64,000 nucleotides of DNA from Cycas panzhihuaensis (lineage: Eukaryota; Plantae; Cycadophyta). Each line of letters starts with the position of its first letter. Positions within the stretch are counted from its first letter, which is position 1. The notes beneath the pieces were generated by a model. It searched no databases and was not told the DNA's origin. It saw only the letters and a program-made list of their open reading frames with translations. Made by a program: the position numbers and the translations under genes. Of this stretch, positions 1-12,600 are shown piece by piece. The stretch is taken from contig CM041465.1 in NCBI GenBank assembly GCA_023213395.1, forward strand, positions 126,363,741 through 126,427,740. The letters run 5' to 3'.

Positions 1-2150
1 CATTTTCCTTTGAAATATATTTATATTCCATGCATCCAAAGATTTGCAGTACTATCGATGGTTTCTGACCTGACCAAACTTCTTCAAGAGTAATATTCCT
101 AACTGCAATTCTAGGACTTATGTTGGTTAGGTAAGTAGTTATGGTTGTGGCATCAACCCAAGATCTGGTGGTAAGATTTGCAACACTAAGCATGGCTTCT
201 CCTTTATTTATCAATGTCTAATTCATTCTTTTGACTACACCATTTTGTTGAGGTGTGTGAGGAGTTGGGAGGCGATGTTGGATGCCATGTTCTCTGCCCA
301 AAATGTTGAACTGATTAGAACTATACTCTAAGCCACCATTATCAGATTTAAGGAGCTTGATTATCATTCTACTTTTCTTTTTTATGGCAGCTTTGAACTC
401 TTTGAATTTATTTAGGGTTTTATACTTTTTTCTCAGGAGATAGACCTACATTTTCCTTGAGAAGTCATCTATGAATGTGATGAAATGCCAGCTTTTATTG
501 AGTGGTTAGACAGGTACCGATCTGCGAATTTCTGGGTGGACCGTCTCTAACGGCGCTGAGGATCTCCATGCGTTCTTAGAAGGAAAAATTTCTCTTTAGT
601 GCTTTTCTATTAGGCAAGCCTCACATATGTTGTTGTACCTCTTAATTTTATGTAAACCATGTACCATTTGGAGCTTAAACATGAGGTCCAAGCTTTGCAT
701 GTTTAAATGACTTAGGCATTAATTCCATAGGTGTACTTTGGAGCTATTTGAGATGATAATTTCCTTTCAATATGAGAATTCACCTGGTTCTTATATACAG
801 GGGGACTCTTCATTAATGACTTCATTTACCTTATCAATTTGAGCTATGTTGGGAATTGAACAAGCTTCATTTTATGGAGTAGTTGTAAGGGGGATACCAC
901 CCAACCTATATAGGCCACCATCTTCATATCTTATGGCCACAAGCTTGCACGTTGCATGATCTGCGATTCTACTAATGCCCTAGACAAAGAGGACATCTAA
1001 ATTATGTTTGTTTATTTCATTGATATAGGGCAAGTTCATCTCCATTTTCGGTGCAAGGAATATATTATTGATGTGGTGCCTCATATTGGAGTCCTTCAAA
1101 GCTATTGGAGCCCTACCAATTTTGGTATTATCGTAAGTCAAATTATCCCCAAATGTGATAGTTTAAGTATCGACTGGGCGGGTCTCTTCTAATATTTTTT
1201 CTAATCCGATCATATATCTCGTTGCACTTGACTCAAGAAGCCATGCATCCTCATCAAGTTGTGCAGAAAGAGCTGTAAAAAATAGGTGATGGAAGGAGGA
1301 ATCCTAATTATGTACCACATTACTTCCATATTATTTATTATTATGATGGTTTCTTTAATTTTTTATAGTGAATTGTAGCTTATTTTGAGGGCTTTCTCCT
1401 TGGCGGTCTCGATTCAATTGTGTTGGTAGAATTGGCCTTGTGGTTGGAATGATGACCCTTCTTATTGTTGAATAAGGCCTCTTCATTGGAAATATAGGCC
1501 TCCTTGTTACAAAATAAGACCTCGCTATTATGGAAGCAGGGCTCTTTGTAGAAGGCACGATCCTCCTTAGTAATATCCTTGTCTCTATTAAGGTAACTAG
1601 GACCTCCTTGTTGATATGAGGGTGGTCCTTATTAGTAGATTAGGCCTAATCGTTGATAATAAGTGGTAGCTTATTAGGAGCGAGGCCTATATGATTAGCT
1701 CAATTGATTTTACAAGAGTTGTGAATCAACTTGTCCTCACTTGCATTAACAGAAGTGCCTTTTTTTATCATAGTAGAGGCAACTGACATATGGTCTAACC
1801 TATTAATTCTTTTAAAGTTGTGCATATGGCTGGTATTGAGGCTAGCGATGCGATGAGTTAGATGGGAGGAGGAGGTGTTAATTGGTTATTACTTCTCTTA
1901 GGTTGGTTGTTGATATGGCTCTTGGGATATGGTCAGAGAATCCAAGTGTTGAGTTAGATCTTGGTGTTGACTAAAATTTGTTGAGTTGATCTATTAATAG
2001 TCTTACGCTTTTATGAGTTATGAAATTTGTAAAGGTAGGAGCGGGGTTAGATATACATGTCGCCCCAAGTCAATCAGTTGAGTATATTCTCCTCTTATAA
2101 CAAGAGTTCCTCACAGGTCGTGAAGTCTATTTTGGAATAATTACCATTTA
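1..2150 (-). mobile_element. Decayed Copia integrase/protease/gag remnant (subunit copy)
   Basis: Homologous to ~11835-14000. Confidence 0.65.
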
Positions 2151-3732
2151 ATTTGGAAACAAAGGAGTTATATTCTATAGAGATTAAATCATGGTTTGAA
2201 AGTGGCTCGTTAAGGATTATAGGTTAGTTCGATTATTTTGACTTTAATCAAGTGGTGTGCATTTGCCAAAAGCGTATACCTTTATCAAAGCGTTATGAAC
2301 TTAAAGAAGATAAGTCATGAAAATAAGATTAATTTTAGATTCACCTATTCATTATAGGGTGTACCCTATGCTTGGCACAAATAATTATACCCAACTAAGA
2401 CATGGGAGAATATTATGAAGTAATTTAAGGAGATATTGTAAAAGTTTTTAAGTAATGAGGTAGTGGAGTTATCTCTCAAGGAAATGAGATAAAGGCTAGT
2501 AGAATTACTTTTAATACGTATATGAAAAATAAATATTAAAGTTGTAAGTATTATGAATGGAGAAAAAATCATGGATTATAAGAAGAGAAACTATTTTACA
2601 AATGGGCTAAATTCCATTTCACACATGAGTTGGTATTACACTTTGAGAAAGAGATGGGCATTTAAAAGGCGACCATAAACCTTATTATTTAGATCACAAG
2701 ATAAAATGTAATAATTAAGAAGCCAAAATATAAATAAACCTTGCTATTAAGTAACAAAAATAAAGGAGACCTCAAAAGTAGAAGCCTTTAAAAAGGAAGT
2801 CACAAGATTAAAGTTATAAAGAAAGAAACCTAAACTTACTAAGGAGAAGAAGAACAAAAAAATATAGGGGTATGACTGTAATTAAAGAAGTGGTGTCACA
2901 TTTGTGATAATAATTCATATTCTAGTAAAAAATGTGACCTAAATGATTGGAATAATATGGTAAAAAAGTAAAGTACATGGTGTTATATTTGTGATATGGA
3001 TAACCATAATATGAATAAACACTATTTTAATATATGTAAAACAAACCAATACGGTACAAGTTATGGAAGAAGGAACGACTTAACCATGATGCAATATACT
3101 AATGGCGCAGGAAGGCATGTGAAAAAATAATAATGCATGAAGAGAGAGTAAAGGAAATGTACTAAACTAACTAAAATAATAGAGATAAAATTGATCTATC
3201 CTCATAGAAAATACCTATAGAGAGATCAAACATCACCTAATAAGAAGAAATTTGTCAAAATCTAAGAGGTCCACTAGAGCATATATGCCTAAACTATTGA
3301 GAAAAGTATGTGCTTGGCCTATTGCAGATACCCTTTATAAAGGAGAATATCCTATCCTAACCCAGACTCTTAAATATACCTAAAACACTAGACTCAATCT
3401 TAAAATATGAGAAGGGACTAACTAGAGTAAGAGGCCTAAAGGAGTTAAGACCACAGGATCCACATGATCATTAGGTAGGTTCTTGGAAAATTATCAATTG
3501 CAGTGACTCATCTCACATAAGTTTGAGATAGGCTAATAATAGTACATGCATTTAACTCCAACTGGCATCAAGCTCTAATAGGTAAAATAAAAAGATGACT
3601 TTGCTCCTAATAAGATGCATAGAGTTCACTTTCGGTTGTTGAGGCGCACATATAAGCGCATAGTGGCGTAGATGCCCACCATTAGGCCATTCAGAATATG
3701 AATCGTAAGACTCTTCTCACATAAGGCCAAAA

Positions 3733-4228
3733 GATCACCTCTCTCATCTAATGGTTAAATCTAGGTTCAAAGAAAGTGATCTACCTTATTTGTAAAAGAA
3801 TAAGTACTTTGAGATATTATGTATCTTGATGTATTTTGTATATGCAAGAAGATAATTTATATCTTCTTGTTGTTTAGGAGATTAAAGTCAAATAATTATT
3901 GTTGAACTAATTTCTAGGTGTGATGTTGATGTACTCTAAAGTAAATAAATGGCAATTCATTATTTTGAATCAAATAAGAAAACCAATGACAAAAAGAGTT
4001 AAATTTAAGAATCGAAATGTTTACTAGGCGAATAAAGGCGTAGAAAATTGTTTTCTTTCATTGTGTTTGGGCGTTACTAATATTGACAACACAAGCGTAG
4101 ATGGCCTATCAGGAGCGAATGATTCCCAGGGATTACATCTACGTTCATTTTAGTTTGTAGAAATGGTGCTTCAAAGCTTCCTTAGCTGAAAGACGTTCCC
4201 TTGGGTCAAACTTCAACAAACCTAGAAG
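3733..4228 (-). pseudogene. Truncated kinase 3' fragment (last ~28 codons + ~410 bp of 3' flank)
   Basis: Aligns with 5933-6421, then switches to Copia RT sequence at '...gaag|atgggg'. Confidence 0.85.
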
Positions 4229-5932
4229 ATGGGGTGTTGTTTGAAGAAAACCTCTTCTTTAAGGTCTCTATTGAGGAAAGTACCCTTCACATCCATTTGT
4301 TAAATATCTTGGAATTAAATTAGATTGCTAAGGACATAACCAAATGGAATGTGATCACATTGGCTATCGGTGCAAAGGTCTTGTCATAATCAATCCCCTC
4401 TTGTTATTTAAAACCTCTTGCTATAAGGCGAGCTTTGCGAGTGTCATACTTTGTAAGGCCTTTTAGTAGTTATGGGAGGAGGAACATCCATTAATAATTA
4501 TTATACCCATTAGGATGTAGTTGAATGCTAGTGGCTTCCACCTGAAGTTCATCAACTAAAATTGGAGCTAAAGTTATACTTTCTTGAGTTGTTGATGTAG
4601 ATGCTACTGGAATCGATGAAGGAGCTGGAGTGTAGGAGGAGGTTAGTTTTGGTGGCTCCACAATTTGTCCAAGAATCACTTAACATACACAAACTACTTC
4701 TACTTCTGTAATATAAGGTTGAGGTGAAGGTAGGTCCTATGAATCTTCTATAAATATTATATCCAGGTGTTGCGTAAACTTGGTTACCAACTATGTCAAA
4801 CACTTTATAGGCTTTACAACCAAGTACATAGCTAAAGAAGATGCATTTCAGTCTCTTGTCATCAAGCTTCTTTTTGTTTTCCTTTGAAATATATTTATAT
4901 TCCATGCATCCAAAGATGCACTTGCAGTACTATCGATGGTTTCTGACCTGACCAAACTTCTTCAAGAGTAATATTCCTGACTGCAATTCTAGGACTTATG
5001 TTGGTTAGATAAGTAGTTATGGTTGTGGCATCAACCCAAGATCTGGTGGTCGGATTTGCAACACTAAGCACGGCTTTTCCTTTATTTATCAATGTCTAAT
5101 TCATTCTTTTGACTACACCATTTTGTTGAGGTGTGTGGGGAGCTGGGAATTGATGTTGGATGCCATGTTCCTTGCCCAAAATGTTGGACTGATTAGAAAT
5201 ATACTCAAAGCCACCATTATCAGATCTAAGGGGCTTGATTATCATTCTACTTTCCTTTTCTATGGCAGCTTTGAACTGTTTGAATTTATTTGGGGTTTTA
5301 TACTCATTTCTCAGGAAATAGACCTACATTTTCCTTGAGAAGTCATCTATGAATGTGATGAAATGCGAGTTCGTATTGAGTGGTTAGACAGGTACCAACC
5401 TGTAAATTTCTGGATGGACCATCTCTAGCATTTGAGGGATCTCCATGTGTTCTTAGAAGGAAAATTTTCTCGTTAGTGCTTTTCTGTTAGGCATATGTTG
5501 TTGTACCTCTTAATTTTATGTAAACCATGTACCATTTGGAGCTTAAATATGAGGTCCAAGATTTGCATGTTTTAAATGACTCAGGCATTAATTCCATAGG
5601 TATACTTTGTGGAGCTATCTGAGATGACATTTTCCTTTCAATATGAGAATTCACCCGGTTCTTATATACAAAGGGATTCTTCATTAACGACTTCATTTAC
5701 CTTATCAATTTGAGCTATGTTGGGCATTGAACAAGCTTCATTTTATGGAGTAGTTGTAATGGGGATACCACCGAGCCTATATAGGCCACCATCTTCATGT
5801 CTTGTGGCGGAGGTTTGCATGTTGCATGATCTGCGATTCTACTAATGACCTAGCCAAAGAGGATATCTAAATGATGTTTGTTTATTTCCTTGATAGAGAG
5901 CAAGTTCGTCTCCATTTCGGGTGCAAGGAAAT
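4229..5932 (-). mobile_element. Decayed Copia RT(part)/integrase remnant, truncated at 5932
   Basis: KLDDKRLKCIFFSY motif; homologous to 11192-12890. Confidence 0.7.
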
Positions 5933-6337
5933 GATCACCTCTCTAATCTAATGATTAAATCTAGGTTCGAAAAAAGTGATCTGCGTTGTTTGTAAAAGAA
6001 TAAGGACCTTGTCATATTATGTATCTTGATTTATTTTGTATATGCAAGAAAATAATTTATATCTTTTTGTCGTTTAGGAGATTAGAGTCAAATAATTATT
6101 GTTCAACTAATTTCTAGGCGTGGCGTTGATGTACTCTAAAGGCAATTCATTATTTTGAATCAAATAAGAAAAATCATGACAAAAAACAATTAAATTTAAG
6201 AGACGAAATGTTTACCAGACGAATAAAGAGCGTAGAAGCCGTTTTCTTTCATTGCGTTTGGACGTCACTAATATTGACAACACAACGTAGACGACGCACT
6301 ATCAGGAGCGAATGATTCCCAGGGATTACATCTACGT

Positions 6338-7509
6338 TCATTTTAGTTTGAAGAAGTGGTGGTTCAAAGCTTCGTTAGCGGAAAGACGCTCCCTTGGGTC
6401 AAACTTCAACAAACCACGAAGCAAATCAATGAGGGCTTCTGATGAGGTATCCCCATTTTGATTGACAAGATTCCGCAGGCGAGGCAATCTCTGGACTAGT
6501 CGAACTCTGTCTCTGGATGCAGCCCCCCGTGGCCAGTTGAGTTCCCTACCATTTCTAATGTACTCCCTTCCACAATCAGCAGCCCATTTTATCATATGTT
6601 GAGGAATTGGTCCCAATACCCGTTGCATCATTGCAAGGTGTTCCAAATCATCATCGGTCTGAAAAGGGCATTTCCACAGAATAATTCCGCCAAAACGCAC
6701 CCAACACTCCACAAATCGATAGGATAACTCCATCCAACACCCATTACCACCTCAGGTGCTCGGTAACCTCTCGTGGTAACTACCTTGCGATGGTATTGGT
6801 TCTGGAATGTGGCATTACCAAAATCTATGAGTTTAATTGCACTCGACGAGGGAATGCACTTATAACGATTCTTACGATCCGAAGAATTCTTGTCATATTC
6901 CGAGGAGACGAGAAGAATGTTATCAGGCTTTAGATCAGTATGTGAGAGAGTGAGCTCATGAATGAATGCAACAGCCTCCAACAGCTGACGTGCGAATTCC
7001 CGAATCAGAACAACAGACAAGGGCCGGTGATTGTTTCTACGTAATAAATCGTATAAACTCGGTCCAAGCTTTTCACAAACAATGCACACATGGGCACCAA
7101 AATGAAACCAAGTCTTCAATTTCAGGCAGCCCCGGGATCCATTGGTATCAAACTCTGCTATCCTGCGAAGAATGTCAATTTCAGTCATAGCTGCAACACC
7201 ATATTGCCATTCACTGCGGATAACCTTGATGGCTACATGCTCTTGCTTTTCACCGTCCCAACAATCTAAAACTCTACCAAAAGTTCCTTCGCCCAGTTTG
7301 CTAATAATCCTGTACCGAGATGTTATGTTTTCTCCAACCTCAAACACGTAGTGCCCATCTTTGTTATCCGGTCGCCATGGATGGGACGCAACAGCATGTA
7401 CATGGTTAGATCTCATCTCATCACGCTCCTTTTTCTTCCCGTGATTGGACCGTGACTCTTTAATACGACGACTTGTGGAAGGTTGTTTATAATAAACTGC
7501 GCTCTCCAT
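6338..7509 (-). CDS. Intronless LAMMER/CLK-family (AFC-like) dual-specificity protein kinase, ~390 aa; one 1-bp frameshift at ~6662 (A4 versus A5 in copy 2)
   Basis: Motifs PWRPDNKDGHYVF, GEGTFG, VAIK, HTDLKPDN, LIDFG, YRAPEV, DLWSVG and EHLAMMQRVLG. The two ORF pieces span 1172 bp and join into 391 codons if one A is restored. Confidence 0.9.
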
Positions 7510-7960
7510 ACCAAAACCTCTTCCAAGAGATCAACCGAGCGATTATTTCAGCGTGTGTATCGAATTATTTTCGATCCTAGATACTTTGCAGAAATTATTG
7601 AACCGCACAATAACAGTACACACAAGTTAAAGCGCCTCCACACACAATCGAATTGTGATGTCTTACCGTACAGCTTCCTACTTACTATATATGGATTCAG
7701 GTATGCGTGCGGCCGACTTATAGCTGAGGCGGCCCACAACACACAGAGACACCATAGGCATGTCCTTATTCAGCACGTCTCTCTGCTCAGAACTCCTCCC
7801 CGTCCTCTTCCCTTAGGGAAGGATAGCATGGAGTAATTTTATTGGACGGCTATGCCCTTGCCAATACCTCTCGTCATCCCAAAAACTAGAACACTTTACA
7901 AAGAATCGCATCAAGGACACGACTAAGGAAACCGTCATAGCGCATGTGAAACCGAGTCAA
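7510..7960 (-). promoter_or_regulatory. Putative kinase promoter/5' UTR (CpG-retaining, TATA-like ATATATAG about 180 bp upstream of the ATG); duplicated at ~29129-29580
   Basis: CpG-rich compared with the flanking decayed repeats. TATA-like motif at about 7684-7692. Confidence 0.35.
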
Positions 7961-8379
7961 CTCATTATCTTCTAAAGACGCTTCATACCATTAATGCTCT
8001 CATTTACTTAGAATAACGGTTCATACTCCACCTTGCTCTGGAACCTTATCTTAAATCCTACCACCGTGTCTTCATTTCACAATTGTTGAAGGCACTTATT
8101 TCTAAAGGACATCCGATGTTGCCACTAGAATGTATCTATGATGATGGAAATGTAAGATAGAAGCCACAGCCAATAACGTGGTATCAAATGATAGCTTGCA
8201 TACTCAAAATTAAGGCTCTCTCAAACATTATTAATGGAAATTAGAAAAGACTTGAAAAGTGCGTTAACGACAAGAACTCAAGCACAAACAAACCATAATA
8301 AATACGAATAATGGAAAATAGAAAGAACTCAATCTATGGTTATTTGGAAATGCCATTTATGGATACAACGTTTGAGATG

Positions 8380-8800
8380 GGTTATGCTAGAAGGATTACA
8401 GTGGGGTTTATCAGAGATGATGGAAACATGATATGAACCGTCATGAACAACCTCAATTACTGCAAAAGTACCGTGCCAACAAGAATGAAATTTATCGATG
8501 CAAATTCATCATTAACTTTGTCAAAAAGAAAAATGAGTCCAATGGGGTAAAATAAAGAAAGAAAAACAGTTTGATCATATTTTAAATTAGGTTGCATTTT
8601 GATATCTTCTAGATTGTTTAAGTAACGCAGGCTATCTTCACCAACCTTTTCTAGCTTAATGAGCCAAGTCTCAAATGCTATGCAATTCAAAAGTTGGTTG
8701 CAAATATTTGAATAAAGGGAATGAATTTTACTTTTAATGGGAATTATAGATTCTAGACCATAAACTAGAGAAGATGTGACAAATCCATTAGCTATCATGA
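8380..8800 (-). pseudogene. Old Ty3/Gypsy integrase C-terminal remnant (second copy at ~30000-30399 is split by the Gypsy insertion)
   Basis: TSSLVYGLESIIPI resembles the Gypsy integrase motif TPFxLVYGxEAVIP. Otherwise heavily decayed. Confidence 0.45.
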
Positions 8801-9664
8801 CAATGGATCAATTGAGATATAAGGATGGATAAATTTAACAATGCTAATAATTTTTGTATTAAGTGAATGATAGTTTTCAAGAGTGATAATCAAGAGAAGG
8901 GTGATACGAGACAATGTGAAAGGTAAGGTAGATACACGTGTTATATTTGGCAATGGAGCTATAAATGTTGAATATATTGTCATATAAATATGAGATGAGA
9001 ATAATTGGTAGGGAAACAAGTTGGGGATGAGAAGTATATGGGCGGTGTAAGTGAACGCAATGAATGTGGGCACTTTAGAAATAGAGTCATGGAGTATTAA
9101 TTCAATGAGTATTAAGGGTTTTTCATAAATATGATGATCTCGATCATAGTAGTGATTGTCTAGATGATGGTAAAAGAAATAATGTTAGGAGGTTAACCAT
9201 AATCAAAGGTTATAAGAGAGTTAAATTCAAGAATGGTACGGACTTGTATATAATAATGGTTATTAAAATTGACATCTATAAAGACTAAACAAAATGACAA
9301 CTATTAGGTAATACAAGGTAATATGGTAGTCAGTAGCTAGGTGTGTGTAATGTTACTAGCAAGCGTAACATTATGGGAAGTAAAAGTGATAAGCATGATG
9401 CAATGGTGCTATTTTAAGGCATTTACTTAGATACATACAATTACCTCATAATTCTATGGGGTTGGTAGGGAGTTAATGAACGATTGCATTGTAAGATCTC
9501 CATCAACGTGACTTAAACAATTTGCATAAACTTTTCACTATTTATATACACACATAAGCAAGGAAGTTAATAGAGATTACCTAAGAGTTATCAAAGTACA
9601 AAAACCTTTGCATGGGTCAAGGTTTAGAAATTGTTAAGGAACTCCTTGCAAAGGATGTCTCTAG

Positions 9665-12600
9665 TGTTGAATACTTCAGAATCTAAGAAATCATGTGCTT
9701 TGATCAATATATTAAGTAAAATAATATAACTATGCAATAAAACGTGTGAAATAAATAAGCATAACTCAGATGGACAAAATACGGGTGGATTTGCCACCAC
9801 ATAGAGCTCTATTTGGGAGGATCTTCTACATTAATCATAATCCAATGTATAACACAATGGTGCGAGTCTTAATTTATAGTCAACTTGCCAATACTTGAAA
9901 GATGCAATAGGCTCACTAAGCAACAAATAAGGCGGATCTGACTAGTTTATATAATAACATTAAATTATAACAAAGGGTCGCCTTAATATTATACAATGTG
10001 CACAAATTATATGAAGTACAAGAAATGATGGGTGTTATTACATGGTTTTAACACCATCCCTTAATAGGAGCTTCATTTCTTACGTCTGAGGTCATGTCTA
10101 AACCGTTTAAACTTTGATTTACTAAGAGCTTTGGTGAAGATGTCCACAACCTGGTCCTCAGTTGGATGATAGACGAAATTAGCTTCTCCGTTCTAGACAT
10201 GTTCATGGATGAAGTGATGATGGATCTCAATGTATTCGGCTCTATCATGAAATCTGATTCCATCTACGATACACTTTGATTGTGTGTCGAGGATGATGGG
10301 TGCATGTCATTGAAGTCCAAGTTCAGTAAGAATGCTTTTAAGATAAATCAACTCAGTTGTATGATGGACAACTGCTTTATATTCTATTTTGATGGAGGAA
10401 ATAGAAACACTTGGCTGCTTATTATAGCTCCACGAGATTACAACTAAATTTACGTCAAAATAATAACCTGAAGTTGAGTCGTGAGTATCTTGGCAACTTG
10501 CCCAGTCAGCATCTATATGTCCTTTTAGTATAGGGGGATTAGATTAGTTATAGTTAGCATGGTGATGTGTGCCATGGATATATCTGAGAATCCTAGTATA
10601 GGCTTTCTAATGATATACTTTTGGTTATGACATGTACCTAGAATAGATCTCTACTACATATAAAATATCCATACGAGTGTGGGTGAAATAGATGAGGTTT
10701 CCAACTAATTGTCGGTACAAAGTGGGATCAAAAGGCTTTCCTTGTTTATCTAGGTTTGGGTTAGTTCCTTTCTCCATAGGAATTTATGTTGTTTTATATA
10801 TTGTCATCCTAAATTTTTCTAAAAGCTCATTGGCATACTTTGTTTGAGTCAGGAAGATGTGTCTTAGTTCTTGTCAAACATAATGTTCAAGGAAGTAGTG
10901 GAGTAACCTACGATCTGTCATCTCAAAGTTACCTCTCAATTATGATTGAAGCCAAGCAAGGCCATCTGTGTCATTGTCAATGATTGCAAGATCATTTACA
11001 TAGAGAACAACGATTGCGGTCAAATTATCTCTAGCCAGAATGTAGAGATCTAGGTCATAGGGTGAACAATTGAATCCGTGCTAGTTAAGGACATCATCAA
11101 TCTTTATACACCAGGTACATTGTGCTTGTTTCAGTCTATAGATGGATTTTTCGAGTCTACATACTGAGTATTCTTATCTTGGACTAGTATAGATGGGGTG
11201 TTGTTTGAAGAAAACCTATTCTTTAAGGTCTCTATTGAGGAAAGTACTCTTCACATCTATTTGCTAAATACGCCAATTAAATTAGATTGCTAAGGACATA
11301 ACCAAATGGAGTGTGATCACATTAGCTACCAGTGCAAAGGTCTTGTCATAATCAATCCCCTCTTATTATTTAAAACCACTTGCTATAAGGCGAGCTTTGC
11401 GAGTGTCATATTTTGTAAGGCCTTTTAGCAATTATGGGAGGAGGAACATCTATTAATAATTGTTATACCCATTAGGATTTAGTTGAATGCTAGTGGCTTC
11501 CACCTGAAGGTCATCAACTAAAATTAGAGGTAAAGTTATACTTTCTTGAGTTGTTGATGTAGATGCTACTGGAATCGATGAAGCAGCTGGAGTGTACGAG
11601 GAGGCTAGTATTGGTGGCTCCACAATTTGTCCAAGAGTCACTTAAGATGCATGAACTTCTTCTACTGCTATAATATAAGGTTGAGGTGGAGGTAGGTCCT
11701 ATGAATCTTCTATAAATATTATATCCCGTGTTGCGTAAACTTGGTTCCCAACCATGTCAAACACTTTATAGGCTTTCCAACCAAGTACATAATTAAGGAA
11801 GATGCATTTCAGACTCTTGTCATCAAGCTTGTGTTTGTTTTCCTTTGAAATATGTTTATATTCCATGCATCCAAAGATCTTCACGGGGGCTACCAATGGT
11901 TTCTGACATGACCAAACTTCTTCAAGAGTAATATTCCTAACTACAATTATGGGACTTATGTTGGTTAGATAAATAGTTATGGTTGTGGCATCAACCCAGG
12001 ATCTGGTGGTAAGATTTGCAGCACTGAGCATTGCTTTTCCTTTATTTATCAATGCCTAATTCATTCTTTTAACCACACCATTTGGTTGAGGTGTGTGGGG
12101 AGGTGAGAAGTGATGTTGGATGCCATGTTCCTTGCCCAAAATGTTGGACTGATTAGAAATATACTCGCCACCATTATCAGATCTAAGGAGCTTGATTATC
12201 ATTCTACTTTTCTTTTCTATGGCAGCTTTGAACTCTTTGAATTTATTTAGGGTTTTATACTTATTTCTCAGGAGATAAACCTACATTTTCCTTGAGAAGT
12301 CATCTATGAATGTGATGAAATGCCAGCTTTTATTGAGTGGTTAGACAGGTACCAACTTGAATTTCTGGGTGGACCATCTCTAACGGCGCTGAGGATCTCC
12401 ATGCGTTCTTAGAAGGAAAATTTTCTCATTAGTGCTTTTCTATTAGGCAAGCCTCACATATGTTGTTGTACCTCTTAATTTTATGTAAACCATGTACCAT
12501 TTGGAGCTTAAACATGAGGTCCAAGCTTTGCATGTTTAAATGACTTAGGCATTAATTCCATAGGTATACTTTGGAGCCATTTGAGATGATAATTTCCTTT

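Larger units (their letters stand above)
1..5932. repeat. Tail of a preceding ~21.6-kb HOR copy (one near-complete ~4.9-kb subunit plus a truncated subunit)
   Basis: Near-identical to 21612-27551. Marker ORFs recur at offsets of about 21.61 kb (2366/23982, 4491/26103, 5123/26733). Confidence 0.9.

Noticed and set aside
2354-2369. Palindrome ATAGGGT-gt-ACCCTAT in each subunit
   Set aside because: Short enough to arise by chance, with no other terminal features of a DNA transposon or Helitron.
2366-2572. 68-aa ORF MIFSPFIIL..., repeated six times
   Set aside because: Low-complexity translation of the AT-rich spacer. Recurrence reflects the tandem repeat, and no domain is recognisable.
5933-6337. 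Poly(A) tail or TSD proving retroposition of the kinase
   Set aside because: None visible. The retrocopy call rests only on the lack of introns.
7483-7836. 117-aa plus-strand ORF (also 29102-29455)
   Set aside because: Non-ATG start, antisense to the kinase 5' region, no recognisable motif.
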